A stretch of 59,686 bases of DNA. Source: Sulfurimonas sp. GTDB taxonomy: Bacteria > Campylobacterota > Campylobacteria > Campylobacterales > Sulfurimonadaceae. Shown one piece after another: positions 1-11,065 of the stretch. The notes under the pieces are model-generated. The model was not told where the DNA came from. It searched no databases and saw nothing but the letters and a program-made list of their open reading frames with translations. The stretch spans positions 1-59,686 of the forward strand of contig JANEIH010000001.1 in NCBI GenBank assembly GCA_024513425.1. The letters run 5' to 3'. The position numbers and the translations under genes are program-made. The first letter of the stretch is position 1. Each line of letters starts with the position of its first letter.

Positions 1-742
1 TCTTAACCATACTTAGCCCTATTCCAAAACCTTGCATATCTCTGTTTATCTGATAATAGTTGTCAAAGATACCTAAAAGCTCTACTTCATCCATTCCGAT
101 TCCATAATCCTGAACAAGCAACATATCACTTTCTATTTTTATATCTATCTTTTTTGAACTTCCTGAGTATTTTATTCCATTATCAATTAAATTGTCAATG
201 ACCTTAGAGAGTCCAATTTTATCCATAAAAAGCTCACAAGAAGCTAATAGCAGATGAAACTCCATATTTGGATAGATCTTTTGTATAAATTCTACCCGTT
301 CTTTAATAAGTTCATCTAAAAAAAATTTCTCTTTTATCTCCTGTTTTGTCTGCATCTTAATAAGATAATTGAGTTCATTATAACGCTGTTTTAACATATC
401 GCAAGCACTCTCAATACGCTCTACTCTTTTGAGCATTTTTGTATCATCCAAGCTCTTCTTTAGCATCTGGGTATTGGTCACAATCGTACTTATAGGTAAG
501 TTGAGCTCATGTAGTGTCTCTTTGGAGAGCATCTGCAGATTTTTTACATAGACCTCAAGTGGATCGATCGAGAGCTTAGAGATAAACAGTGCAGAGAGAA
601 TAACCAAAGCAAAAACAATAATCCCTAAAAGCAAGAGATTAGAAACTGCCAAAACTTCAAGAGCATAATATAGAAGCAGTAAAAACAGACCCACTGTTAA
701 AAAATAAAAAATAAAAATATTAAACCGAAGATTATGAAACAA
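1..742 (-). CDS. Sensor histidine kinase, C-terminus cut by the window edge; not in ORF track
   Basis: Manual translation from TTG at 742: two adjacent hydrophobic helices, H-box ETLHELNLPISTI, G2 box GFGIGLSMVK at the edge; start overlaps the response regulator stop. Confidence 0.9.
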   Translation of the reverse strand, partial: MFHNLRFNIFIFYFLTVGLFLLLLYYALEVLAVSNLLLLGIIVFALVILSALFISKLSIDPLEVYVKNLQMLSKETLHELNLPISTIVTNTQMLKKSLDDTKMLKRVERIESACDMLKQRYNELNYLIKMQTKQEIKEKFFLDELIKERVEFIQKIYPNMEFHLLLASCELFMDKIGLSKVIDNLIDNGIKYSGSSKKIDIKIESDMLLVQDYGIGMDEVELLGIFDNYYQINRDMQGFGIGLSMVK

Positions 743-1388
743 GTTTGTATCCTATACCTCGGACATTTTCAAACTTGAGCTCAGGGAGCAGTTGTTTGAG
801 ACGATTAACATAAACACGGAGAGCACCGTCACTGCCACCTTCTGCACTGCTCCACAACTCACCTAAAATCAACTCTTTTGGAACTGTTTTATTGTGGTGT
901 TTCATAAAAAGAAGAAGCAGTCCATACTCTTTTTTAGAAAGATTTAGCTCCTCTTCTTTATAATGAATACGCTGATGCACCTCATCATGACATAATCCTC
1001 CTACGCACTCAGGCTCATGCTGTTTCACTCTTCGAAGCACTGCTTTTATACGCAGTAAAAGTTCATCCATATCAAAAGGTTTAGTAATGTAATCATCGCA
1101 ACCATTTGCAAAACCCTCTTCTAATTTTGACTTTTCTGTGTGTGATGTTAAAAAAATAGCAGGCGTATTATCATCTGCCTCACGCAGCTCTTTTAAAAGA
1201 CAGAGCCCATCAATGAGAGGAACATTGATATCTAAAAGATAGAGATCAAACCTATTTTTATAGGTAACATCGAGGGCATCCTGTCCATTGGACACATGAA
1301 TCACTTCATAATCAGCATCTTCAAGCAAGTCCACTATTGTCTCGCCAAAGAGCATATCATCCTCTAAAAGTAGTATCTTAATCGACAC
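732..1388 (-). CDS. OmpR-family response regulator
   Basis: REC motifs (LLEDD, LLDINVP, DDYITKPF) plus winged helix (NVRGIGYKL); likely GTG start at 1388 rather than 1421. Confidence 0.92.
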   Translation of the reverse strand: MSIKILLLEDDMLFGETIVDLLEDADYEVIHVSNGQDALDVTYKNRFDLYLLDINVPLIDGLCLLKELREADDNTPAIFLTSHTEKSKLEEGFANGCDDYITKPFDMDELLLRIKAVLRRVKQHEPECVGGLCHDEVHQRIHYKEEELNLSKKEYGLLLLFMKHHNKTVPKELILGELWSSAEGGSDGALRVYVNRLKQLLPELKFENVRGIGYKLVS

Positions 1389-2385
1389 TCTCAATAGCCC
1401 AAGATAGAGTTTCGCCTGCATACATAGGCACTACATTTGAGTATGCATCCGGTACGACAAAAGGGCGTTTTTCCAAGACCACCTCTTTAAACTCCGGACA
1501 GATACCGTAAATTCCCTGTGCATTGTCACTAACAAAAGTCTGCAAGTTATCAAGTTTATCAAATTGCTCAAAAATCTCACATAAAAGTTGCAAGGCAATA
1601 GGTGCGGTAAAGACGCCTGCGGCACAGCCACAAGACTCTTTTTTATTGCAAGGATGTGGTGCTGAGTCTGAACCAAACATCACTTTTGGATGTGCCTCAA
1701 GTGCGATAGACAATAGTGCATCCAAGTCTTCAGGACGCTTTGCGATCGGTTTACAAAAAAGATGTGGCTGCATCATACCACCCACAACATCATCTAGCGT
1801 TAAAAGAAGGTGATGGACTGTAATTGTTGCATAGAGATTATCATACTTATCAAGCATATCAACGGCTGCTTTTGTTGTAATATGCTCCATAATGATTTTC
1901 AAATCTGGAAAGTTCTTCGCTAAAAGCTCGTAGATAGGCATAAATTCGGCCTCTCTATCCATAACAAAGCCATCTGTCTCACCATGAATACACAATGGAA
2001 TTCCCAACTGGCTCATCGCTTCAAGTGTCGGACGCATCTCTTTAATATCAAAAGAGCTCACGCCATCATCAGAATTTGTCGTAATTCCCGCAGGATAGAG
2101 CTTGATTGCCGTAATCTCTTCTGCTACATCTACTAAAAAGTTCTTATCGTAGTTTTGATAAAAGAGTGTCATATAAGGCTCAAAGTAATCATTTGGCGCA
2201 GCCGCAACAATACGCTCTTTATAGGCAACAAGATCCTCTTTTGTCGTTATGGGAGAAATAAGGTTTGGCATTATAACGGCACCACTAAAAGAGTATGCAG
2301 TCAGTGGGGCAATATTTTCAAGCATTACACCGTCACGCAGGTGCAGATGCATATCAAGCGGCATTAAAAGTATATGTTTCTTCAT
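1378..2385 (-). CDS. pyrC: Dihydroorotase (homodimeric type)
   Basis: DMHLHLRDG, KLYPAGITTNS, EHITT, GSDSAPH motifs. Confidence 0.97.
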   Translation of the reverse strand: MKKHILLMPLDMHLHLRDGVMLENIAPLTAYSFSGAVIMPNLISPITTKEDLVAYKERIVAAAPNDYFEPYMTLFYQNYDKNFLVDVAEEITAIKLYPAGITTNSDDGVSSFDIKEMRPTLEAMSQLGIPLCIHGETDGFVMDREAEFMPIYELLAKNFPDLKIIMEHITTKAAVDMLDKYDNLYATITVHHLLLTLDDVVGGMMQPHLFCKPIAKRPEDLDALLSIALEAHPKVMFGSDSAPHPCNKKESCGCAAGVFTAPIALQLLCEIFEQFDKLDNLQTFVSDNAQGIYGICPEFKEVVLEKRPFVVPDAYSNVVPMYAGETLSWAIESVD

Positions 2386-2432
2386 CAAAGAGTCCTTAGA
2401 TTGTTATTGAAACAATTATATCGAAGTTGTAA

Positions 2433-2783
2433 TTAAATACCCCATAAATAGAGATCAATAAATGCGATAAACATCCCTAAAAATGCCAAAGACATATAAA
2501 GGTTTGAGAGTTTTACAAAAGGTTTTCCATCGATAAAAATACCGAGCTGTACAGCAGAGACAATCAAAGATGAAAGTATAAAGAAGAGATAGGCAACAAT
2601 AACAACGATATACCAAGTTTTATATATAAATCCATATGCAAACAGAGCTATTACAGCTGCTAAAACAATGACATTTTGAATAAGCATACTTATATTTGGT
2701 TTTTCCTCTTTTTTATAGACACGAGCGATCTTAAAGTATAAAAAAGAGAGTAAAAGAGCAAAATAAAAAAGCATAGACGGCAC
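2433..2783 (-). CDS. Hypothetical membrane protein (about 4 TM)
   Basis: 116 aa, hydrophobic, AAGGA RBS before GTG start. Confidence 0.75.
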   Translation of the reverse strand: MPSMLFYFALLLSFLYFKIARVYKKEEKPNISMLIQNVIVLAAVIALFAYGFIYKTWYIVVIVAYLFFILSSLIVSAVQLGIFIDGKPFVKLSNLYMSLAFLGMFIAFIDLYLWGI

Positions 2784-2836
2784 TCCTTAAATAATTTTAT
2801 AGAGAATTTTATCTAAATAATATTAAGTAATGTTTA

Positions 2837-4195
2837 TCATAAGCTCTCTTTGGCTTTTGAAATAAGCTCATTGATTACTTTTTCATAATGTTTTGCTTCT
2901 GTTGCATCCGTTGATTCAAAACGCGTTACAATAACCGGGGTTGTATTTGATGCACGGACAAGCCCCCAACCTTTTTCAAAGTTAATACGCATACCATCTA
3001 TTGTAATGATATCTTTAATAATAGGAAAATCTATGGGCGGATTTTTGAGAAGCCCTTTGATTCTATCCATCAGTTGAAATTTCTCTTCTTCTGTGGTTTC
3101 CACTTTTATCTCTTCCGTAGAGAATACTTTTGGCAGTTTTTCAAGTTCGGCATCTAGATCAATGCCATCTTTTATGAGCTCCAACATACGCAGTGTCGCA
3201 TAGATAGCATCATCATAACCAAAATAGCGGTTTTTAAAGAAAATATGCCCACTTACTTCACATGCAAGATCGGCACCTGTCTCTTTCATTTTTATCTTAA
3301 GATTTGAGTGTCCTGTTTTATACATAATAGCTTTTGCGCCACGACGAGTCAGTTCATCATACATCACCTGAGAACACTTCACTTCACCGATAACCGTTGG
3401 ATTTTCCATCTTCATAGAGTAGAGAAGTGCCATCATATCGCCTTTGATGTTGTTCTTGCGTGTAAGCACTGCAATCCTATCTGCATCTCCATCGTAGGCA
3501 AAAGCGATATCGCCCTCTTTTTCTAAAAGAGCTTTTACATCTTTTAAGTTGTGCTCCACTGAAGGGTCTGGATGATGATTTGGAAATGTTCCGTCTGGTT
3601 CAACATAGATCCCTTTTGTATGGAGCTCCAATCTCTTAAAAATCTCTTCTGTAACAACGCCTGCAACACCGTTACCACAATCATACACAATGCGAGTATT
3701 CACTCCTTTAAGGTGTTGAAATGCATTGACAATAAAGTCAATATATCTTGAAACCGCATTAATTTTAATAACTTTTCTCTCAGTTTTTTCCGGCATACCC
3801 ATAGCCTCACACTCATCTCCAAGCGTATAAATATCGTCTGAAAAAAACGGTAATTTATCTATTGTGATTTTAAAACCGTTATACTCACTTGGATTATGAC
3901 TCCCTGTAACCATCACAGATGCAGAAGGTGTGATGCCATTCCACTCCTGATAATTTGCAAAGTAGTTCACCGGTGTTGGTACAAGTCCCATATCAAGCAC
4001 AGTTTTTCCACCGGCATTAAGCCCCTGCGTGAGGTATTCAAAAAGAGTTGAAGAGTGGCTTCTTGCATCATATCCGACTGCTACATACTTACCGTCTATT
4101 TTATTAGCCAATGCTCGGCCAATACGCACAACACTTGCTTCATTTAACTCTTTTTTATAGATACCGCGGATATCATATTCTCTATAGATACTCAA
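2837..4195 (-). CDS. Phosphomannomutase/phosphoglucomutase
   Basis: YDIRG, TGSHNP phosphoserine motif, DGDADR metal loop, RASNT. Confidence 0.95.
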   Translation of the reverse strand: MSIYREYDIRGIYKKELNEASVVRIGRALANKIDGKYVAVGYDARSHSSTLFEYLTQGLNAGGKTVLDMGLVPTPVNYFANYQEWNGITPSASVMVTGSHNPSEYNGFKITIDKLPFFSDDIYTLGDECEAMGMPEKTERKVIKINAVSRYIDFIVNAFQHLKGVNTRIVYDCGNGVAGVVTEEIFKRLELHTKGIYVEPDGTFPNHHPDPSVEHNLKDVKALLEKEGDIAFAYDGDADRIAVLTRKNNIKGDMMALLYSMKMENPTVIGEVKCSQVMYDELTRRGAKAIMYKTGHSNLKIKMKETGADLACEVSGHIFFKNRYFGYDDAIYATLRMLELIKDGIDLDAELEKLPKVFSTEEIKVETTEEEKFQLMDRIKGLLKNPPIDFPIIKDIITIDGMRINFEKGWGLVRASNTTPVIVTRFESTDATEAKHYEKVINELISKAKESL

Positions 4196-4368
4196 AATAT
4201 TTCCTTGAAATTAATTACACAATAATACACTGAAATTAATTAAAAAAAGATACTATGGTTTGATATTTAGATATGCGGTGATATTTGCATCTTAACCTCT
4301 TTTTAGCTACTTTATAGGGTAAATATTGGTATATTTCAAAAGAATTTGCAAAAAAGAAGCAAAAAAGT

Positions 4369-4396
4369 TTGACTAATTCTATAATTCAGCTATACT
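4369..4396 (+). promoter_or_regulatory. sigma70-like promoter for the cold-shock gene, giving a 5'UTR of about 110 nt
   Basis: TTGACT-N16-TATACT; long leaders are typical of csp mRNAs. Confidence 0.55.
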
Positions 4397-4513
4397 GTTG
4401 GCAAGTGAAAGATGAGGTGTGAATTCATCTTTAGTGTGATTTTGCTCTATCCGTGTTAAAACCTCCTAAAGACTTCTCCAATTTTTACACAAATTTATAT
4501 ACAAGGCTACACA

Positions 4514-4732
4514 ATGGCACAATTAATGGACGGATCAGTTAAATGGTTCAACGATGAAAAAGGTTATGGTTTTATCCAGCAAGACAATGGTGGGAGTGAT
4601 GTATTCGTACATTTCCGTCAAGTAAATAATCCAAACGATGGAAGAGTTTCTCTAGCAGAAGGTCAAAGAGTTACATTTGAAATCGGTGAGGGACAAAAAG
4701 GTCCTCAAGCTGAGAATGTAACACCACTTTAA
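4514..4732 (+). CDS. Cold-shock protein (CspA family)
   Basis: [12 protein letters not shown] (RNP1), DVFVHF (RNP2), KGPQAENV. Confidence 0.97.
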   Translation: MAQLMDGSVKWFNDEKGYGFIQQDNGGSDVFVHFRQVNNPNDGRVSLAEGQRVTFEIGEGQKGPQAENVTPL

Positions 4733-4743
4733 TCTTTTAATCA

Positions 4744-4770
4744 AAACTATAGGCACTTAGCCTATAGTTT
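4744..4770 (+). terminator. Intrinsic terminator after the csp gene
   Basis: AAACTATAGG-N7-CCTATAGTTT inverted repeat followed by CTCTTTTT. Confidence 0.8.
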
Positions 4771-4834
4771 CTCTTTTTCACAATTTTAAACTCTAGCGAA
4801 TTCGCTTCTTTATCTTTTTACATCATTTCATTGG

Positions 4835-5155
4835 TTATTTAATCTCAGTTGCACTTGTCTCTCTAAAATCTAGGCGTGTTTTATCTTGTTTGAGTTTTCT
4901 ATAAAGCTTGAACTTTGCTTTTTGTAGCGTTTCATCATCATAAGAAAACTCCTTTTTTAGCTCTTCATCACTTACGCTTGCGCAATCCATTGCAAAAAGT
5001 TTGAGCTCTTTTTTTGTCAGTTTTGATTTAAAAACAGAGTAGAGCAGTTTATCATCTTTGATCAGATCTATACTCTCTAACTTGCAAAATTCCGCTATTT
5101 TATCTCTAAAATTATTTTCATTATGATATTGCCTCCAAACTGTATTTTCTAACAC
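4835..5155 (-). CDS. Hypothetical protein, possible C-terminal HTH
   Basis: 106 aa, start overlaps the serB stop; LTKKELKLF...KAKFKLYRKL resembles a LuxR/sigma4-type helix pattern. Confidence 0.7.
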   Translation of the reverse strand: MLENTVWRQYHNENNFRDKIAEFCKLESIDLIKDDKLLYSVFKSKLTKKELKLFAMDCASVSDEELKKEFSYDDETLQKAKFKLYRKLKQDKTRLDFRETSATEIK

Positions 5156-5778
5156 TAAATCTCCTTTAAAATGAGTGAAAGGTCTTTTTCTCTAATAATT
5201 ATATTTGCCTCTTTTTCCAATATCTCTCTTGCGCAAAATGCCACACGAGTACCTGCGTGAGCAAACATTGAGAGGTCATTTGCACCATCACCACAAACAA
5301 ATGTCTCTTCTTTGCGCACGCCCAAAATCGACTGCAGGCGTGTCAGCATATCACCCTTTGAGAAGTTAAACATCATATCTCCCCCCACAAGTCCTGTCAA
5401 TTTTCCATCTTTTTCATGCAGTATATTTGAAAAATCTGCATCATAACCCAAGATATCTTTAGCATAAGATGTTGCTGTTGTAAATCCACCCGAGAAACAG
5501 ACTACTCTAATACCGTGACTTTTTAACTCTGCTATCGTCTCGCGTGCACCTGACATATATGGTAGATTATGAGATATCTTCTTGACAACCTCAAAATCAA
5601 GTCCTTTGAGCAATCTTACTCTCTCTTGCAGAGATTCAAAAAAATCAAGTCTCCCACTCATCGCCTCTTCTGTAATATGAGCCACCTCATCGCCTATTCC
5701 CAACTCTTCAGCAAAAAAATCTATAGTCTCGCCATCCATCAATGTAGAATCAAAGTCAAATACTGCAAGTTTTAGCAT
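5155..5778 (-). CDS. serB: Phosphoserine phosphatase
   Basis: HAD motifs DFDST, SGGF, GDGAND. Confidence 0.95.
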   Translation of the reverse strand: MLKLAVFDFDSTLMDGETIDFFAEELGIGDEVAHITEEAMSGRLDFFESLQERVRLLKGLDFEVVKKISHNLPYMSGARETIAELKSHGIRVVCFSGGFTTATSYAKDILGYDADFSNILHEKDGKLTGLVGGDMMFNFSKGDMLTRLQSILGVRKEETFVCGDGANDLSMFAHAGTRVAFCAREILEKEANIIIREKDLSLILKEI

Positions 5779-5832
5779 GAAACACCTTCTTATTTGTTAT
5801 AATTGCGAAATTATAGCGAAATAGGACTTTTT

Positions 5833-6744
5833 TTGTTTGATGCACTCATAAATAAATTAAAAAACGATACTTACATTACACTCGAAACAACACCTGGTCA
5901 TGCCGCAAAGTTTACACCAGTTATTGACAAGATAGAGGCACTTGATTTGCATAAGATGGTTGATGGCTTCTCAACAACAGACAACCCTCTTGCAAAACTG
6001 AAATTTAATGCTCTCTTTGGTGCAAGACTGCTACAAAAACGCTTTAACAAACCGGTAATTGCGACAATGAGTATGCGAGATAGAAACAAAATAGCACTGC
6101 AATCCGACCTGCTTGGTGCAAATGAGTTCGATGTACGGGCAATCCTTGCACTCACAGGAGACCCGGCAAACATCTCAGACCAGCCCAATGCAAAAGGTGT
6201 TTTTGAAACAGACTCTACTCTACTGCTTGAGATCATCTCTGCTTTTAATGCAGGTATGGATTATGCAGCAAAACCTTTCAATGAGAGACCAGAACATATC
6301 TACCCTTTTGCGGTAGTAAACTCCTATGCTAAAAATCCAAAAACATTGCAAAAAAAGATGCAAAAAAAGATAAAACACGGCGCCATAGGTATCATCACGC
6401 AACCTCTCTATGATATAGAAAATGCAAAACAACTTTTAGAGTTAAAAGAGCAGGCAAACAAAGAGTGTTGCTCTGAAGATAAAAGTGCAGAGTTGATTTT
6501 AGGTATGTTTCCTATTACAAAACTTCGTACGGCACAGTTCTTATCATCACATGTGCCGGGAATAAATGTCCCACCATGCTGGCTTGACAAGTTGCGTGAG
6601 GCTCACGCAAAAGGAGTTGAAGAGGAGTATAAAGTAGGTTTTGAGCTCAGTAAAAAGCTCTTTGATGATCTAAAAGCTCTCCATCCAAAAATTCACCTAA
6701 TGACAGCAAACCAATTTAGTATTGCTAAAGAGATATTAGTTTAA
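5833..6744 (+). CDS. metF: Methylenetetrahydrofolate reductase
   Basis: TDNPLA, MRDRN, LALTGDP, ITQPLYD; TTG start after AGGA. Confidence 0.88.
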   Translation: MFDALINKLKNDTYITLETTPGHAAKFTPVIDKIEALDLHKMVDGFSTTDNPLAKLKFNALFGARLLQKRFNKPVIATMSMRDRNKIALQSDLLGANEFDVRAILALTGDPANISDQPNAKGVFETDSTLLLEIISAFNAGMDYAAKPFNERPEHIYPFAVVNSYAKNPKTLQKKMQKKIKHGAIGIITQPLYDIENAKQLLELKEQANKECCSEDKSAELILGMFPITKLRTAQFLSSHVPGINVPPCWLDKLREAHAKGVEEEYKVGFELSKKLFDDLKALHPKIHLMTANQFSIAKEILV

Positions 6745-6760
6745 ACACAAGAGGAAAAGT

Positions 6761-8014
6761 ATGATAGATTTAAAACAACTGCAAAAAGATTTTGACGGCA
6801 TCAGTATAAAGTTAAAACGCAAAGGCGTTGATGAAAAACTCTTAGAAAAAGTAAAAATCAAATTTGAAGAGCTCAAAGAGGCAAAAACGGTCTACGAAAC
6901 ACTGCAAGCTACACAAAATGCTATGAGCAAAGAGTTTGGTATCTATAAACGCGAAGGCAAAGATATCTCAGAGCTTAAAGCAAAAGTGGATGAAAACAAA
7001 ATCCATATTGCAGATGCGTTAGAGATTCAACGCTTACGCCAAGAAGAGTTAGAAGCGCTTGCAATGGCAATTCCAAATATTCCAGATGATGATCTACCTA
7101 ATGGCAAAGATGAAGAGGATAATGTTGAGATTAAAAAAGTACTCACTCCCCCTAAATTTAACTTTACACCAAAAGAGCATTGGGAGCTTGCGGAGCAAAA
7201 CGGTTGGATAGATTTTGAGCGTGGTGTAAAACTTGCGACTTCAAGATTTTCAGTTTCTTTCGGTATGGGTGCACGACTAGAGCGTGCCTTGATTAACTTC
7301 ATGCTTGACTTTAACCGTGAATATGGATTTGATGAGGTAAGTGTTCCTGCACTTGTAAATAGACGCGCTCTAGAGGGAACAGGGCAGCTGCCAAAGTTTG
7401 AAGATGACTTATATAAAATAGAATCTCAAGAGATGTTTTTAATCCCAACTGCCGAAGTTCCCGTTACAAACCTCTACCAAGATGAAATCTTGACAGAAAA
7501 TGAACTGCCACATAAGATGACAGCCTATACTTCATGCTTTAGAAAAGAGGCAGGTGCAGCAGGTCGTGATACTCGCGGTATGATTCGCCAACACCAGTTT
7601 CATAAAGTTGAACTTGTAAGTATCACTAAACCTGAGGAGAGTGACAGAGTCTTTAATGAGATGGTGGCATGCGCTTCGGATCTACTCACAGCTCTTGAAC
7701 TTCCTCACCGTCTTGTGAGTTTATGTACAGGCGATCTAGGCTTTTCGGCTGCAAAAACGGTTGATTTAGAAGTATGGCTCCCGGGACAAAATAGATACCG
7801 TGAAATCTCATCTATAAGTAATACAAGAGACTTCCAAGCGCGTCGTGCAAAAATCCGCTACAAAGATGGCAAAAAAAACAGGCTTGTTCATACGCTTAAC
7901 GGCTCAAGTCTGGCAGTTGGTCGTACGATAGTCGCTATTATGGAGAACTTTCAAAATGAAGATGGAGTGATTAGTATTCCCAAAGCTCTGCATCCATATC
8001 TAGGCATACAATAG
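6761..8014 (+). CDS. serS: Seryl-tRNA synthetase
   Basis: [26 protein letters not shown]. Confidence 0.98.
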   Translation: MIDLKQLQKDFDGISIKLKRKGVDEKLLEKVKIKFEELKEAKTVYETLQATQNAMSKEFGIYKREGKDISELKAKVDENKIHIADALEIQRLRQEELEALAMAIPNIPDDDLPNGKDEEDNVEIKKVLTPPKFNFTPKEHWELAEQNGWIDFERGVKLATSRFSVSFGMGARLERALINFMLDFNREYGFDEVSVPALVNRRALEGTGQLPKFEDDLYKIESQEMFLIPTAEVPVTNLYQDEILTENELPHKMTAYTSCFRKEAGAAGRDTRGMIRQHQFHKVELVSITKPEESDRVFNEMVACASDLLTALELPHRLVSLCTGDLGFSAAKTVDLEVWLPGQNRYREISSISNTRDFQARRAKIRYKDGKKNRLVHTLNGSSLAVGRTIVAIMENFQNEDGVISIPKALHPYLGIQ

Positions 8015-8088
8015 CATAAGTGCATAGTATGATTAATGGTACTTTTATTGCTTAAAAAGCACTATACAATAAATAGCTAAGGGACTCT

Positions 8089-10452
8089 ATGGCTGACACT
8101 CCAGAAGAGATAATAATTATAGAAGATAGTGATACTGCTTTATATGACAGTGATACAGAGCAATCTCTATCTTTTACAGAAGAAGAGGCAAAGCACAAAA
8201 AAAATATTCTCTTTGGCGGTATTGCTCTTATTGTTCTCCTTATAACTGCTATTATTATTGTTCTTTTAGCTCTTAAAACATCTAAAAAAGAGCAATCTCA
8301 CATCAATACAGACTTTTTAGATCAAAAAATCCAAGAGAGCAAGCAGCGTCCTCATATGAAACCAAGTAAACTTGAAAATATGATAGCCAATGCAAACTAT
8401 CTCTATACGAATGGTTCAAAAGAAAAAGCACTTACACTCTATGAACAGATCGCCTCTTACAGTGAAGCCATATCTTTATATAATCTTGGTGTTACAGAAC
8501 TAAGCAATGCACAGTATAAAAAAGCTCTTCAAACTTTTCAAAAAGCCATTGCAAAGGATGAAAAACGATGTGTAAGTGCCATAAATGCTGCGGTATGCTC
8601 ACTGCACCTTAAAGATAAAAAGAGTTTTAAATATTACATAAATTTAGCTTATGCCTATCTTCCTTATGAAATTAATTCACCGCTCTATTCCTACTATTAT
8701 ACTTTGATTAGCTACTATAATAAAAACTATCTTGCAGCACTCAACTCTCTCAAAAACACAACATCCAATGAATACGCAACGACACAAAATCACCTCAGTG
8801 CAAAGATTAATGCTCTCTATAAGAATAACTATGATGCCTTGGATGCCTTGGAGAAAATCAAAGATGAATCAGAAGAGTTTTCAAAAGCACTCCTTTATGC
8901 AAGAATCGGTGATTATTCCCTTGCCACAGCACATCTTAAAACAGCAATATCCAAGAAGAAACAACCAGTTCGTGCCCTTTTAGCTCTTGGACTTATTAAT
9001 CTAAAAACAGGTCATATTATAAGAGCAACAAAGGAGATAAGAGCAGTAACTAAGAGATATCCTCAGGAGGTCTATAGATACTATCCCATCAGAGTAAAAC
9101 TCAAAGAGTCTCTTTTTGACCCTCAAGAGACGCAACAAAAGTATAGAAAAAAAATTCTAAACTCAAAAAACATTATGTATCAAAAAATCTTCTACTTCTC
9201 ACCCTATAAAGTCTTTAATGCCAATCAGGTTATCAGCTATATTAGAAAAGGCAATGCCAATATCTACATTGACAATGTCAATAATGCAAAAGAGTATCTT
9301 CAAAAAAGTTCTTCGACCTCATCGATAAATCTTAGAATAGTACAAGCCATCAAAGAGGCTCTCTCTTTTAAAATCAGAAAAGCAAATGAAGATCTGCAAA
9401 AACTTGTTAAAATTCAACCAAAACACTCAATTCTTCAATATAACCTTGCTCTCACTTATGCACAAATGGGGAACCTTCAAAAAGCACATGAGCATTTTTT
9501 ACGCTCATACTACCTTGATGCAAAAAACTATCTCTCGGGTATTTACGCTATTATGACAGCTCAACTCATTAACGAAAACTATTACAAGTTAAAATCAATC
9601 ATTAAAGACTCTATTGCACTTGAAGAGGAGAGTGAAGAGATTGACCTCTATAAGACACTTTTATCACTCAGCGATGGAGATTATATCTCTACTATTGGGT
9701 GGCTCGACAAAGGGTATAAACAGCGTCCTCTCTATCTTATTTTGGATGTTCTAATAGCTACAAAGCTTTCAAAGATGAATAAGGCTAAAGATTCTGCGAT
9801 GAAACTGCTAGTGATGCAACCAAATGATATTTTGCCAAATATCATTTATATGGATACTCATTTTAGTAAGTTAAAATCATCAGAGTATGCAAAAAAGACT
9901 TTACAATATCTCAAGAAGCACTCTTTTGATAACCTCTATTATGGCTCCTATATCACAAGACACCTCTTTATCCAAGTCAATCTTATCAGTGGAAGACTCT
10001 ATTTTTTGGCAAAACAGCTACAGAAGGTTTTAGAAACAAGCAATCAGGATACTCGTGACATAGAGAGTACTTTGGCGTTGGTCTATTTTCATAATAAACA
10101 ATTTGAAAAATCCTACACGCTCTACAATCATCTTATAGATGAGCTTAAAGTTAGAGATGCTTACACACTTTACCTTGGGGCTGTCGCTTCAACAGCAGCC
10201 AAACATCATGCAAATGGCATAGCACTTTTAGAGCTTGCCAAAATGAAAGAGAGCAATTTCTATGAGAGTAGATATGCTTTGGCACTGCTTTATATGGAAA
10301 TCAATAACAATGACGGAGCAGTTATTCAACTCTCACATATTCAAGATGATGAATTTAAGTCTCAATATTTTGATTTTAAAATAGATACACAAAAACTGCT
10401 CTTCTTTAAACAGCATCCGCAAAACGAAGTAGTTAAGAAAAATAACCTATAA
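8089..10452 (+). CDS. pflB: Membrane-anchored TPR protein, PflB-like flagellar motor disk protein
   Basis: One N-terminal TM, many TPR-like repeats, about 790 aa, directly after serS as in Campylobacter. Confidence 0.6.
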   Translation: MADTPEEIIIIEDSDTALYDSDTEQSLSFTEEEAKHKKNILFGGIALIVLLITAIIIVLLALKTSKKEQSHINTDFLDQKIQESKQRPHMKPSKLENMIANANYLYTNGSKEKALTLYEQIASYSEAISLYNLGVTELSNAQYKKALQTFQKAIAKDEKRCVSAINAAVCSLHLKDKKSFKYYINLAYAYLPYEINSPLYSYYYTLISYYNKNYLAALNSLKNTTSNEYATTQNHLSAKINALYKNNYDALDALEKIKDESEEFSKALLYARIGDYSLATAHLKTAISKKKQPVRALLALGLINLKTGHIIRATKEIRAVTKRYPQEVYRYYPIRVKLKESLFDPQETQQKYRKKILNSKNIMYQKIFYFSPYKVFNANQVISYIRKGNANIYIDNVNNAKEYLQKSSSTSSINLRIVQAIKEALSFKIRKANEDLQKLVKIQPKHSILQYNLALTYAQMGNLQKAHEHFLRSYYLDAKNYLSGIYAIMTAQLINENYYKLKSIIKDSIALEEESEEIDLYKTLLSLSDGDYISTIGWLDKGYKQRPLYLILDVLIATKLSKMNKAKDSAMKLLVMQPNDILPNIIYMDTHFSKLKSSEYAKKTLQYLKKHSFDNLYYGSYITRHLFIQVNLISGRLYFLAKQLQKVLETSNQDTRDIESTLALVYFHNKQFEKSYTLYNHLIDELKVRDAYTLYLGAVASTAAKHHANGIALLELAKMKESNFYESRYALALLYMEINNNDGAVIQLSHIQDDEFKSQYFDFKIDTQKLLFFKQHPQNEVVKKNNL

Positions 10453-11065
10453 GTGTTTCAGAAGCTCTCAACTCTTCTCCAATGCTGATGTTGAGACGAA
10501 AGTTTGATTTGAGATAGATTGAGGTTATGCCATTTATCATAACGCCATAGCGTGTACCCTGCATAAGATCTTTCCCTTTTACAAGATCAATATCAATCGG
10601 GGTAAAACCCTGCTTTTCTCTATGGGTAATTTTTACACTATTGTTCTCATTATCGACAAAAAGTAGTTCTGCGTACTCATTTAAAAGAGAAAAAAGCTTT
10701 GATCTCTTCCCTACTCTACTACCTTTGACAATGTTGATAGATGCTACTTTTCCATTTATTGGTACACGCAACACCCCTACATCAAAGTAGGATGATTCTA
10801 TCTCTATCTTGTATGCATATTCTGAGTCTTCTAACTCTTCTATCGCCGTTACGACACCGTCAGTAGGTGCAACAAAACTGTTCTGCTGATAAAAAGGCAT
10901 CTGTCGCTCAGGGTTTCTGTAAACATATACAAAAATAAGCACTGCCACAAAAGCAAGTAGTGCAAAAAAATCCAAATCCAAAATAGAGAAGAGTAAAAAA
11001 GCTGACACACTATATCCTATATAGTGCCACCCACCCTTTGCAATTATAAAAAGATTATTTCTCAT
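10433..11065 (-). CDS. Phosphatidylserine decarboxylase-related protein lacking the catalytic GS motif
   Basis: YRNPER, APTDGVV, LRVPING motifs of Psd-A type; C-terminus reads GVMINGITSIYL with no FGS. Confidence 0.8.
   Translation of the reverse strand: MRNNLFIIAKGGWHYIGYSVSAFLLFSILDLDFFALLAFVAVLIFVYVYRNPERQMPFYQQNSFVAPTDGVVTAIEELEDSEYAYKIEIESSYFDVGVLRVPINGKVASINIVKGSRVGKRSKLFSLLNEYAELLFVDNENNSVKITHREKQGFTPIDIDLVKGKDLMQGTRYGVMINGITSIYLKSNFRLNISIGEELRASETLIGYFS

Noticed and set aside
5381-5386. C6 run in serB as a phase-variation tract
   Set aside because: Too short and in frame (Val-Gly-Gly); no long G/C tracts were seen in the window
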